Shown piece after piece: positions 36,383 to 48,631 of a stretch of 64,000 nt of DNA. Under the pieces are notes generated by a model. It was given only the letters and a program-made list of their open reading frames with translations. It was not told the DNA's origin and made no database searches. The translations under genes were made by a program, and so were the position numbers. Source of the stretch: Heterodontus francisci (lineage: Eukaryota); contig NC_090411.1 of NCBI RefSeq assembly GCF_036365525.1, positions 31,884,432-31,948,431 on the forward strand, written 5' to 3'. Each line of letters begins with the position of its first letter. Position 1 is the first letter of the stretch.

Positions 36383-36709
36383 GTATATAGAGAGAAACTA
36401 TTTTCTCAGTCCAGGATAGGGGGCATCATCTTAAAATTAGAGCTAGACCATTCAGGGGTGATGTCAGGAAGCATTTCTTACAAAAGGGGAAATGGAAATC
36501 TGGAATTCTCTCCCCCAAAATATTGACATCAATTAAACATTTCAAAACTGAGACTGTTAGATTTTTGTTAGGTACGGGGATGAAACAATATGGATCCAAT
36601 GCAGATAAATGGCCTTAAGAGACAAACCATGATCTAATTGAATGGTGGAACAGGCTTGAGGGGCTGATTGGCCTCCTCCTGTTCCTATGTTCCAATCACA
36701 GTATCATCA

Positions 36710-36900
36710 TCCAAACCTGCCTGTATTCCACAGCTCTCATTGTCTCTGGGTCCAACCCCCACAGTCCGTCGACATTGTTAATTGGTGCCTGGATTCATGA
36801 ACGATTCCTGACTGGCTACCTGGAATTGTCAATCATCATTAATGATGTCATTCCCTATTTGCATGCAGGCTGTCCCAGCAGTATAAATACAAGAGCTTGT
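36710..36900 (+). promoter_or_regulatory. Conserved proximal promoter of copy 7
   Basis: TATAAA at 36882-36887 within the shared block. Confidence 0.72.
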
Positions 36901-36954
36901 GTAGGAAGTAGTTAGATTGTTGTTGTGGAGCTTCTGTGAGCAGTAAAGATTATG

Positions 36955-39224
36955 ATGGCCTCTCAAGTATGTCAGAACTACCACAAGGACTGTGAAGATG
37001 CTGTTAACAAGCAAATCAACCTGGAGCTCTATTCCTCCTATGTTTATCTTTCCATGGTGTGTATTGTTTTCTTGGGGTCCTGTTTAAAAGTTAAGACTGG
37101 AATTTCAATGCATTTTGAGTAGCTAGAATTTCTCTAGGTCAATTAATTGGGTTTATAATCCTGTAATCCTTCCTAGACTTAAATCAGTGAACATCCTTAA
37201 AACAAGGACTTTATTCCTTGCTCTGTAATTTGTCCAATTTTGAAAGTAATTCCAAGGTTCCTCAAAGTTTCCAATAGAGGATTCATGTTGAAGATGTACA
37301 AATCTAGTCAACTTTTCCAACATGGATGGCAACAGTTAAATTTAGTGATGAGTTAGTGAAACATTGTCTGACTAGTTCTGGCTTTCTCACCCCCCCCCCC
37401 CCCCCTATAAATGAGTAAATCCTGTTGTGTTGAGCCCTTTTGTATGAGGGGTAATGATCTTTCATGAAGTATTGATCTAAAAGTATTATTCTACTGAGTG
37501 AGATGTTTCTTTTTCTCCATTCACTTGCATCTTCATTGGGGGACAAAGGATGTCCTGCAGATAACTATAGTTTGAGTGTCTGAAATGAAACTTGATCTAA
37601 ATAGTGTTACTGCTTTTTGTAATGTCACAGGGAGGGGCATTTCAACATTTAACATTTTATAGCATAAACTTGAAAAATCAAGCCCCTTAATTGAAAGCAA
37701 ATTCATCTGGAGTAAAGAATAGGTGCTTTATTTACCATGATATTGCTACCATTTTTGACATGGCCATAAATGAGATTTGGGTCTGACCTCTCTTCCCTTT
37801 CCATTTTGTCTCTACCTGCAGTCCTATTACTTTGATCGGGATGATGTTGCCCTGCGTCACTTTGCTGAGTTCTTCAAGGAGCAGTCACATGAGGAATGGG
37901 AGCATGCTGAGAAACTGATGAAATTCCAGAATAAACGTGGAGGCCGAATCATCTTTGAGGACATCAAGGTTGGATTCTTAACTAGAAGGAGTCTATGATC
38001 TAACTTGGATACTTTCAGAGAATGTTCCTTGTTCTAATAACTTCAGTTTTTGATTGAGAAATTAATGAGTAAAATTCCTAGTGTTGGTGAGTGGCTATAG
38101 GATGAGTTGGTATGACTGATCTTTGCCTCTTCTATAGATACAAGATCAATAAATAGACTTTCAGGAAGAACAATTTCTGCATTGTAAATTATTGGCTTAA
38201 ACATATGGTGCTGAACTAGGTAACAGTCTGGAGAATGTGGGCCACAGCTGTCAACTTCCTGTGGATGGAGTTGAGGATTTGGAGAAGGAGCATTGGAACA
38301 TAATTGGGATTTGAGCTTTGGCCAAAAATGGTGGGGCAGAGTCAATGAACTGATCCAGTGTCCTGTAATGGTCTGTCATTCCAGTGGCTTAAACCCCATC
38401 CCTCGCTATGGTCCCTCATAGTGTTGGGGTGCACAGAATACTTTTGTGGTGGTTAACCCTGTTGACCTTGAGCATAACATCCCTTGGACTTTGCACTCCC
38501 ACTAACAGGACCACTATTCTGTTCCAGAAGCCAGAGCAGGATGAGTGGAGCAATGGTCTGGAGGCAATGCAGAGAGCTCTGCAGATGGAGAAGGATGTGA
38601 ACCAGAGTCTGCTGGATCTGCACAAACTCTCCACTGGCAACACTGACCCTCATGTAAGTTAATATTGCAATGAGTTTTCAGATTTGAAGGTGATAATTGT
38701 AATCTGCCCTTAACTCTAGTGGAACTAAGTTTTTTGGCTTTTTTTTTTAAAAAGCCATCCATGCTGTAGATCTGGCTCACTCAACACTTCACAAGGTACT
38801 TGGTTTCTCTGGCATCAATCTTTTGCATTCACTCCTAGTGTAATGGAATTGACTTGCCACATCAAGGTAAATTTTGGACTTGTCTGGCTAAATCTATCCA
38901 CCGAATCAATGATTTCCTTCTGTGCTGACCACTTGGCCTGTTGCCTGTGCTTGTTCTCTAGAGCAAGTCACACGCCCATGTACAGAACTTTCACCATTAT
39001 CGCAGTGCAAATAAAATTCTTATCCAATGAAGGTTTTTTTAAAGCTAACAATGCTCACCTAGTTTCTTATGTTCTAGCTGTGTGACTTCCTGGAGACTCA
39101 CTACTTGGATGAGCAAGTGAAGATGATCAAGAAGCTTGGCGATCACATCACCAACCTGAAGAGACTGGGAGCCCCTGACAATGGCATGGGAGTGTACCTG
39201 TTTGACAAGCTCACGCTGAGTTGA
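36955..39224 (+). CDS. Ferritin copy 7, intact, 173 aa (alternative ATG at 36952)
   Basis: Exons 36955-37056, 37822-37968, 38528-38653, 39078-39224; GT-AG; [25 protein letters not shown]. Confidence 0.94.
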
Positions 39225-39889
39225 TTAGCATTCTAGAATCATTAGTTCTATAATATTGGTAGAAACAAAATGTGATCCATTTATGGTTAATATGCAGTTT
39301 TCTCATCTCTTGCTGTATGTGGAAATAAAAATATTTATGGACTGAATTTGTTTACCTTTTGTATAGGTAAGTAACTCATTTCATTATTCAGATCCCCAAG
39401 ATACCTAGCTGTCTAATATCTGATTCCACTGAAACTTTACCATGCCTTTTTGAGTTTTGCTCTCCTACATCCAGCTTCTGAAAATTGATTCAAAGTCTGC
39501 TTAGGATAGTTTGCTCACATCTTCCAATTTCACTGAGAAACCTGTAGGGAATATCTGAAATATGCAATTTTATCACAAAGGTAGTTTCTTGCATCTGCTG
39601 ATGAAATGTTGTGGAATGTGAGGAAGGGGCACTGAATTTTGTTTTGACCCCTGTTCTGATTGGAGCAACAGGCAATGCAGAGAGATGTGAAGATGCTGAC
39701 AGGTAAACAAAGGAAGATGTATTCCTGTTTGTTGATAGTATGAGTACTCTGCAACACAGACTTAAGGGGTTTGGGCAAGAGATGTAGGAGTAACTGAGGA
39801 GAATTTTTTTTTTTAATACAGCCAGTGGCATAACCTGGAACTTGCTGTGTATGAGGAGGGTGACAGTGTAGCCAATAAATAATTTCAAA

Positions 39890-39994
39890 AAGATGATCAA
39901 GAAGCTTGGAGATCACATCACCAACCTGAAGAGACTGGGAGTACCTGACAATGGCATGGGAGAGTACCTGTTTGACAAGCTCTCACTGAGTTGA
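39890..39994 (+). pseudogene. Orphan 3' part of a ferritin exon 4 (remnant of a deleted copy)
   Basis: [34 protein letters not shown] with no splice acceptor, fused to the copy 7 downstream flank; 3' UTR follows with the polyA signal mutated (ggaattgaag). Confidence 0.9.
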
Positions 39995-40904
39995 TTAACA
40001 TTCTAGAATCATTAGTTCTAAAATATTGGTAGAAATAAAATGTGATCCAATTCTGGTGAATGCTTTCTAGTTAATTCCCAGTTTTCTCATCTCTTGCTAT
40101 ATATGGAATTGAAGTATTCATCATGGAACTGATCTCTGTATAACTCAGATTTATTTCAGTATGATACATTGCTGTATAATGATTCTATTAAAATGTTTCC
40201 CTCTCCCAGGCCATCCTCCAAACTTAATTCAATGCCTGCCTATGATGGTTTACTCACATTGCCAATTTTAATTAAGTTTGTAGGGGATATTTGAAATATG
40301 CAATTTCTGCTGTAAAAGTGTCCTTGCCATGACAAGTGAACTGTCAGGCAGCTGTGTAACATTAGAAATTGGGAAAGGACACTGCATTAGTACCTTCACC
40401 TCACCTTTTGGCCTTTTATCATAGTTGAGAACTGACTACTTTCATCTACCATTTGTTCAACCAAAGCTTTCATTCCTATTCACCAAAGGGGCAATGTTTT
40501 CCAATGTCTGGGCTAAGTATAGGGAGATGCTTATAGCAAGTAATGAAGGTAAGAGGCACCCAATACTTCAGCTTAAAAATCTTCCCTTACCAAATGCCAT
40601 GACTTGACAGGTCTTGAATTCCATGGGAATTATGCCCCACATCACACTGTAGAGATGGAGGAACAGAGTTCACTTTAAAGCTTCTTCACTTTCTATTTCA
40701 CCAATTTGCTGATTGGCTTGCAGAGTTAGATTGGATCACGTTCCATCGAGTGTGGTCGAGATTGGTATCCCTGAGTTGTTCTAGACCCACCCTGCTGACA
40801 TCAATTCTCCAAATCATGTTAATTTGGATCCAATTCCACTCAATGCAAAATGGAATTTCCATTTGCTAACTCATACAATTATGTTAGGAATCTTTGGATC
40901 TGAA

Positions 40905-43600
40905 CAGATTCGGTTTGAGGAAAGCCAACATCAAATACATCACAAAGTTCAAGAGGGGCTGAAAAATGGAAGCCGATGGAATTGGAGGAAAGCCTTAAAC
41001 ATATTTGGAGATTTGGTTTTGAGATAGGAGACAGAGTAGGGATAATGGCTATGTACTCCAAGCTATGGCTCGTCATCCCTTCCAGGGATCTATACTGGGG
41101 TCTCAGCTTATCATTATACTTAAATAAGGGAAAAAGTAGAGATCAAACTGGCAATCTGTGTGTGGTGTCAGAGGACGTCAGTGAGTTTTTAAATGATTAC
41201 TTTCCATCTGTGTTCGCGATGGAGAAGGACGATGTAGGTGCAGGGAGGGGGATTGTGATATACTTGAACAAATTAGCATTGAAAGGGACGAAGTGTTAGC
41301 TGTTTTAGCGGGCTTAAAAGTGGTTAAATCCCCAGGCCCAGATGAAATGTATCCCAGGCTGTTATGTGAGGCAAGAGAGGTGATAGTAGGGGCTCTGACA
41401 CAAATTTCCAAATACTCTCTGGCCACAGGAGAGTTGGTGGAGGACAACGAATGCGGTACTATTATTCAAGAAGGGTAGCAGGGATAAACCAGGTGAGTCT
41501 AACATCAGCGGTAGGGAAACTATTGGAAAAAGTTCTGAGGGACAGGATTAATCTCCACTTGGAGAGCGAGGGATTAATCAAGGATAGTCAGCACAGCTTT
41601 GTTGGGGGAGATCATGTCTAACTAACTTGATTGAATTTTTCAAGGAGGTGACTAGATGTGTAGATGAGGGTAAAGGAGTTGATGTAGTCTACATGGACTT
41701 CAGTAAGGCTTTTAATAAGGTCCTGCATGGGAGATTGGTTAAGAAGGTAAGAAGCCATGGGATCCAGGGCAATATAGGAAATTGCATCCAAAATTGGCAG
41801 GAGGTTGAGGGTGATGGTCGAAGGTTGTTTTTGCGATTGGAAGCCTGTGACCAGTGGTGTACCGCAGGGATTGGTGCTGGGACCCTTACTGTTTGTAGTG
41901 TCCATTAATGATTCAGACATGAATATAGGAGGTATGATCAGTAAGTTCACAGATGACACGAAAATTGGTGGTGTCATAAAGAGTGAGAAGGAAAGCCTTA
42001 GATTACAGGATGGGCTGGTAAGATGGGCAGAGCACTGGCAAATGAAGTTTAATCCTGAGAAGTGTAAGGTGATGCATTTTGGGAGGACTAACAAGGCAAG
42101 GGAATATACAATAGATGGTCGGACCCAAGGAAGTACAGAGGGTCAGAGGGACCTTGGTGTACTTGTCCATAGATCACTGAAGGCAGCAGCACAGGTAGAT
42201 AAGGTGGTTAGGAAGGCATATGGGATTCTTGCCTTTATTAGCCAAGGCATAGAGTATAAGAACAGTGATGGAGCTTCATAAAACACTATTCAGGCCAGAG
42301 CTGGAGTACTGTGTACAGTTCTGGGCACTACACTATAGGAAGGATGTGATTGCACTGGAGAGGATGCAGAGCGTGTTGCCTGGGCTGGAGCATTTCAGCT
42401 ATGAAGAGAGACTGGATAGGCTAGTGTAGTTTTCCTTAGAGCAGTGAAGGCTGAGGGGAGATCTGATAGAGGTATACAAAATTATCAGGAGCATGGATAG
42501 ATAGATAGACAGGAAGAAACTTTTTTCCCATAGCAGAGGTGTCAATAACCAGGGGGCATAAGTTTAAGGTAAGGGGCAGGAGGTTTAGAGAGGATTTTAG
42601 GAACTATTTTTTCACCCAGAGGGTGGTTGGAATCTGGAACACACTGCCTGAAGGGGTGGTAGAGGCAGGAATCCTCACAACATTTAAGAAGTATTTAGAT
42701 GAGCACTTGAAATGTCATAGCATATTAGGCTACGGGCCAAGTGCTGGAAAATGGGATTAGAATAGAAAGGTGTTTGATGGCTGGCACAGGTACAATGGAC
42801 TGAAGGGCCTGTTTCTGTGCTGTATAACTCTATAAATGATATAGATGAAGGAATAGAGTGCTGTATATCCAAATTTGCTGCTGACACGAAGCTCAGTAGC
42901 ACAGTAAGTAGTGTAAATTGGAGCAGAAATTTGCAAAGAGACATTGATAGATTAAGTGAATGAGCAAAATTGTGATTGATGGAGTTCAATGTGAAATTAC
43001 TAAATTACTAACAACTAATGGACACTTACATAAATGTATTAATAAGTCTACTAGAATTTTAGTCTCCATCTCAAGGGGGCTGGAATACAAAGGGGTGGAG
43101 GTTAAGCTATATTTGTATAAAGTTCTGGTTAGATCACATCTGGAGTACTGTGTTCAGCTCTGATATATTGGCCTTGGAGGGAGTGCAGCACAGATTCACC
43201 AGAATGATACCAGGGATTACAGGGTTAAATTACTTGTACAGTTTGCTTAGAAGAGTCTTGTATCCCCTCGAGTATAGATGATTAAAGAATGATTATAATT
43301 GATGTGTTGAACACGATTAATGGACAGGGGGGTTTAATCTTGAAATGAGACCTCAGCCATTCAGGGGTAATGTCAGGAAACATTTCTTCACAAAAAGTGA
43401 AATGGAAATCTGAAACTCACTCCAACAAAATGTTGAGATTAATTAAACATTTCAAAAGTGAGACTGTTAGATTTTTGTTAGGTTCGGGTATGAAGCAATA
43501 TGGAACCAATGCAGGTAAATGGCCTTAAAACACAAACCATGATCTAATTGAATGGTGGAACAGGCTTGAGGGGCTGATTGGCCTCCTCCTGTTCCTATGT
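40905..43600 (+). mobile_element. Old CR1 3' fragment abutting the copy 8 promoter, interrupted by a younger CR1
   Basis: Homologous to 23505-24535 on both sides of the 41126-42832 insert. Confidence 0.72.
41126..42832 (+). mobile_element. Younger 5'-truncated CR1 LINE nested in the old CR1
   Basis: KSPGPDEMYPRLL, DVVYMDFSKAF, SGVPQGLVLGPLLF, KFTDDTK; probable TSD taaat (41121-41125 and 42833-42837); same family as the intron-2 LINEs. Confidence 0.9.
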
Positions 43601-43619
43601 TCCAATCACAGTATCATCA

Positions 43620-43810
43620 TCCAAACCTGCCTGCATTCCACAGCTCTCATTGTCTCTGGGTCCAACCCCACAGCCCGTCGACATTGTTATTTGGTGCCTG
43701 GATTCATGAACGATTCCTGACTGGCTACCTGGAATTGTCAATCATCATTAATGATGTCATTCCCTGTTTGAATGCAGGCTGTTCCAGCAGTATAAATACA
43801 AGAGCTTGTG
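43620..43810 (+). promoter_or_regulatory. Conserved proximal promoter of copy 8
   Basis: TATAAA at 43791-43796 within the shared block. Confidence 0.7.
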
Positions 43811-45102
43811 TAGGAAGTAGTTGGATTGTTGTTATTGGAACTGGGCTTTTGTTAGTAGTAAAGATTATGATGGCCTCTCAAGTATGTCAGAATTACCACA
43901 AGGACTGTGAAGATGCTGTTAACAAGCAAATCAACCTGGAGCTCTATTCCTCCTATGTTTATCTTTCCATGGTGTGTATTGTTTTCTTGGGGTCCTGTTT
44001 CAAAGTTAAGATTGGAATTTCAATGCATTGAGAATCTAGAATTTCTCTAGGCTAATCAGTTGGGTTCATAATCTTTCTCTCTAGTCCTCCCTTGACTTAA
44101 ATCTGTGCACACCCTTGAAGCAGAGACTCTGTTCCTTGCTCTGTAATATTTGTGTTCAATTTTTGAAAGTTATTCCAAGGTTCTGTGTGGTTTCCAATAG
44201 AGGATTCATTTTGAAGATGTATAAACCTAGTTATCTTTTCCAACTTGGATGGCAACTATTAAGTTTAGTGAAACTTTGTCTGATTAGTTCTGGTCTGTCT
44301 TTACTTTTCCCCCTTTGTAAATGAGTAAATCTTGTGATGCTGAACTCTTTTTTTTTTTTGTATGAGGGATAATCTTGCATGAAGCAGTCATCTACTGATT
44401 TGTTTTTTTTCTTCAATCATTTAAATATTCATTGGGGGACAAAGGATGGCCTGCTGAACTATAGTTTGAATGCTGAAATGGAACTTTGATCCAAATGGTA
44501 TTATTGCTTTTTGTAATGTCACAGGGAGGGGCCTTTCAACATACTTGGTGTTTTACAGCATAAACTTGAAAAACCAAGCCCCTTTAATTGAAAGCAAACT
44601 CTTTTGATGTAAAGAATGAGTGATTTATCTACCATGATATTACTACCATTTTTGACATGGCTGCCAATGAGTTTTGGGTCTGGCTTCTCTCCCTTTCCAT
44701 TTTGCCTCTACCTGCAGTCCTATTACTTTGACCGGGATGATGTTTCCCTGCGTCACTTTGCTGAGTTCTTCAAGGAGCAGTCACATGAGGAACGGGAGCA
44801 TGCTGAGAAACTGATGAAATTCCAGAATAAACGTGGAGGCCGAATCATCTTGGAGAACATCAAGGTTGGGTTTTTAACATGAAGGAGTCTATGATCTAAC
44901 TTGGATACTTTCAGAGAATGTTCCTTGTTCTAATAACTTCAGTTCTCCATATGGTGAGATTAAGGAGTAAAATTTCTAGTGTTGGTGAGTAGCTATAGAA
45001 TGAGTTGGTATGGCTGATCTTTGCCTCTTCTATAGATATAAGGTCAATAAATGGATATTCAGAAGGAACAACTTCTGCATTGTGAAGTATTGGCTCAAAC
45101 AT

Positions 45103-48100
45103 AAATGTCAGTTATACAGGCCCTTTGCCCATTTCTGAGACAACCATCAAGCATTGATCTATTCTAATCCTATTTTCCAACACTTGGCCCCTTGCCTGGT
45201 ATGTTATGGCATTTCAAGTACACAACAAAACACTAAAATGATGAGGGTTCCTGCCTCTACCACCCGTTCAGTGTTCTAGATTCTAACTGCCCTTTGGGTG
45301 AAAACATCTTTCCTCAAATCCCCACTAACCCTCCTGCCCCCTTCCATTAAGTCTATGCCTCCTGGTTATTGATCCCTCTGCTAAAGGAAAAGGTATTAAT
45401 GCCCCTCATAATTTTGTATACCAGTCAGCTCACCCCCTTGGCCTTCGCTCTGAGGAAAACAACCCTAGCCTATCCAGTCTCCCTTCATAGCTGCAATTCT
45501 CCAGCCCAGGCAGCATCCTGATGAATCTCCTCTGCACCCTCTTGTGCAATGTCATCCTTCCTATAGGGTGGTGACCGGAACTGTACACTACTCCAGCTGT
45601 GGCCTAACTAGCATTTTATACAGCTCCATCATAATCTCCCTGCTCTTTTATTCTATGCCTCGGGTAATAAAGGCAAGTATCCCATATGCCTTCCTAACCA
45701 CCTTATCTACCTGTGCTGCTACCTTCAGTGATCTATGGACAAATATACCAAGGTCCCTCTCGCCCTCTGTACTTCCTGGGGTCCTATCACCCATTGTATA
45801 TTCCCTTGCCTTGTTCGTCCTCCCAAATACATCACCTCACACGTCTCAGGATTAAATTCTATTTGCCACTGCTCCACCCATCTTCCCAGCCCATTATATC
45901 ATCCTGCAATCTAATACTTTCCTTCTCACTATTTACAACACTACCAATTATCATGTCATCTGCAAACTTACTGATTGTACCTCCTATATTTGTGCTAAAA
46001 TCATTAACATATGCTACTAACAGTCCCAACACTGATCCCTGCAGTGCACCACCAGTCACAGGTTTCCACTCTCAAAAACAACCCTTGGCCATCACCCTCG
46101 GCCTCCTGCCACTAAGCTGATTTTTGGATCCAAATTGCCCTGGATCCCATGGGCTCTTACCACCTTAACCAATCTCCCTTCTGGGACCTTTATCAAAAGC
46201 CTTACTGAAGTCCATGTAGACTACATCAACTGCTTTACCCTCATCTACACATCTAGTCACCACCTCAAAATTCAATCTAGTTTGTTAGACTCTACCTCCC
46301 CCTAGCAAGGCCATGCTGACTATCTGATTAATCTGTGCCTCAGAATATTTTCCAATAGTTAACCTAGCACTGATAAACTCACTGGCCTGTAATTACCTGG
46401 TTTATCCCTGCTACCCTTGAATAATTTTACCAGATTTACTGTCCTCCAGTCTTCTGGTACCTCTCCTGTGGCCAGAGATGTTTTGAAAACTTCAGAGCCC
46501 CTGCTATCTCCCCTCTTGCCTCACATAACAGCCTGGGGTACATCTCATCTGGGCCTGTGGATTTATCCACTTTTAAGCTCGCTAATACTTCCTCCCTTTC
46601 AATGCTAATTTGTTCAAGTATATCACAAACCCCTTCCCTGATCTCTACACCTACATCGTCCTTCTCCCAGAGTGAACACAGATGAAAAGTAATCATTTAA
46701 AAGCTCACTATGTCCTCTGGCTCCACACAGATTGTTACTCTGGACCCTAATGGGCCCTACTCTTGCCCTGGTTATCCTCTTGCCCTTAAATTCCAAGGTG
46801 TTTTAAAAGTATTTTTTCTCTCTTGCTGGCCAGTGTCTTTTCATGTCCCTTTTGTTCTTATTACATTAAGTACTTGTATACTTTCTTTACTCCGCTAGGG
46901 CCTCCACTGTTTTCAGCACTTTGAATCTGCTGTAAGCTTATTTTTTTCCTTCCCCAATCCTCTAAATCCCTTGAGATCCAGGGTTCCCTGGACTTGTTGG
47001 TCCTACCTGCCACCTTTTATGGGAACATGTTGGCCCGAACTCACTATTTGCTTTTTTTAATGACTCCCACTGCTCTGATGAAGTCTTTCCTACAAGTAGC
47101 TGCTCCCAGTCCACTTTGGCCAGATCCTGTTTCATTGAAATTGGCCTCTCCCCACCTCTTTTTTTTTTTTTCCCCCTGCCCACCCCCCCCCCTACCCCCA
47201 CCCCCATTAGTACTTTATTTTGCAGTCCCTCATTGTCCTTTTCCATAACTACCTTTTAAATCTTCAAGTTATGGCCACTATCTCCAAAATGCTCCCCCAC
47301 TGACACTTCTACCACCTATCTGGTTTCAATCTCCAGGATTAGGTCCCTTACCCTTCTCTTGTGGGACTTCCCATGTGCTGGCTCAAAAAGCTCTCCTGCA
47401 TGCACTAACAATTCTGCCCCTTTAAGCCTTTTGCACTAAGACTATCCAAGTTGATATTGGGGAAGTTGAAATCCCCTACTATTACCCTATTTTTACACCT
47501 GAGATTTGCCTACATATCTGTTCCTCTATCTCCCTGACTGTTTATAGGCCTGCAGTACACTCCAAGTGATTGCCCCTTTTTGTTTTTAAATTCTACCCAT
47601 ATGGCCTCATTTGAGGAACCTAAGATATCATCCCTCTTTACTGCAATCATTGACTCCTTGATCAACAGTACAATGCCACCTCTTTTACACCTGCCCCTGT
47701 CATGCCTGAAGATTCTGTACCCTGGATTATTGAGCTGTCAGTCATTCCCTTCCCTCAACCATGTCTGTGATTGCAACAATATCACTCTCTTGTGTTAATC
47801 AGTGCCCTCAATTCATCTGTCTTAGTAGGAAGAACCCTGGGTGGTGCAGTGGTTAGGACTGCAGCCTCAGCTCCAGCGACCTGGGTTCAATTCTGGGTAC
47901 TGCCTGTGTGGAGTTTGCAAGTTCTCCCTGTGTCTGTGTGGGTTTCCTCTGGGTGCTCTGGTTTCCTCCCACATGCCAAAGACTTGCAGGTTGATGGGTA
48001 AATTGGCCATTATAAATTGCCCCTAGTATAGGTAGGTGGTAGGGAAATATAGGGACAGGTGGGGGATGTGGTAGGAATATGGGATTAGTGTAGGATTAGT

Positions 48101-48631
48101 ATAAATGGGTGGTTGATGGTCAGCACAGACTTGGTGAGCCAAAGGGCCTGTTTCAGTGCTGTATCTCTAAACTAAACTAAAACAGATGCAATCCAACATG
48201 CATTTTCCCCTTGTGCCTCAACAGATCTATATTTGCTCTGCCTTCCAGACTGACTCAATTTCTTCTATATTTGACTATGCATCGCTCCCTACTGTAACTT
48301 CTCTATCCCATCCCCCTGCCAAATTAGTTTAAACTCCAGTGCCACCACCCCTTTTCCCCCACCCCACTCCCCAACAGCACCAGCAAACTTCCTAGCAAGG
48401 ATCTTGGTCCTGTTCAAGTTGGATGGATTGCATCTGAACAGGTCCCACCTTTGCTAGAAACTGACCCAGGAGTCTGGAGACTAAAGCTCTCCCTCTTGCA
48501 CCACCTCAGCCATGCATTCCTGTGCTCTATCCTCTCATTCCTATACCCACAAGCATGTGGCACCAGGAATAATCCAGAGATTAAATCTTTGAGGTCCTGC
48601 TTTTAATCTGCTGCCTTGCTCCCTAAATTCT
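45103..48631 (-). mobile_element. CR1 LINE, antisense in intron 2 of copy 8 (same insertion site as in copy 6)
   Basis: Collinear with 26044-29170 and same junction after ggctcaaacat; remnants QGSVLG..KFADD and LKVDKS-GPDEMYPRLL. Confidence 0.9.
47839..48180 (+). mobile_element. HE1-like tRNA-derived SINE nested in the intronic CR1
   Basis: A box TGGTGCAGTGG, B box GGTTCAATTC, (CTAAA)n tail. Confidence 0.88.

Larger units (their letters stand above)
34080..36692 (+). mobile_element. Old CR1 3' fragment abutting the copy 7 promoter, interrupted by solo LTR B
   Basis: WNWLGGRKQRV...QGSVPG remnant; tail ggcctcctcctgttcctatgttc. Confidence 0.75.

Noticed and set aside
43597-44031. 144-aa ORF suggesting an N-terminally extended ferritin
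   Set aside because: It reads through the promoter upstream of the TATA box and is not open in the other copies
47839-47900. tRNA gene
   Set aside because: The A and B boxes belong to the head of a SINE present three times in the window with a LINE-like tail
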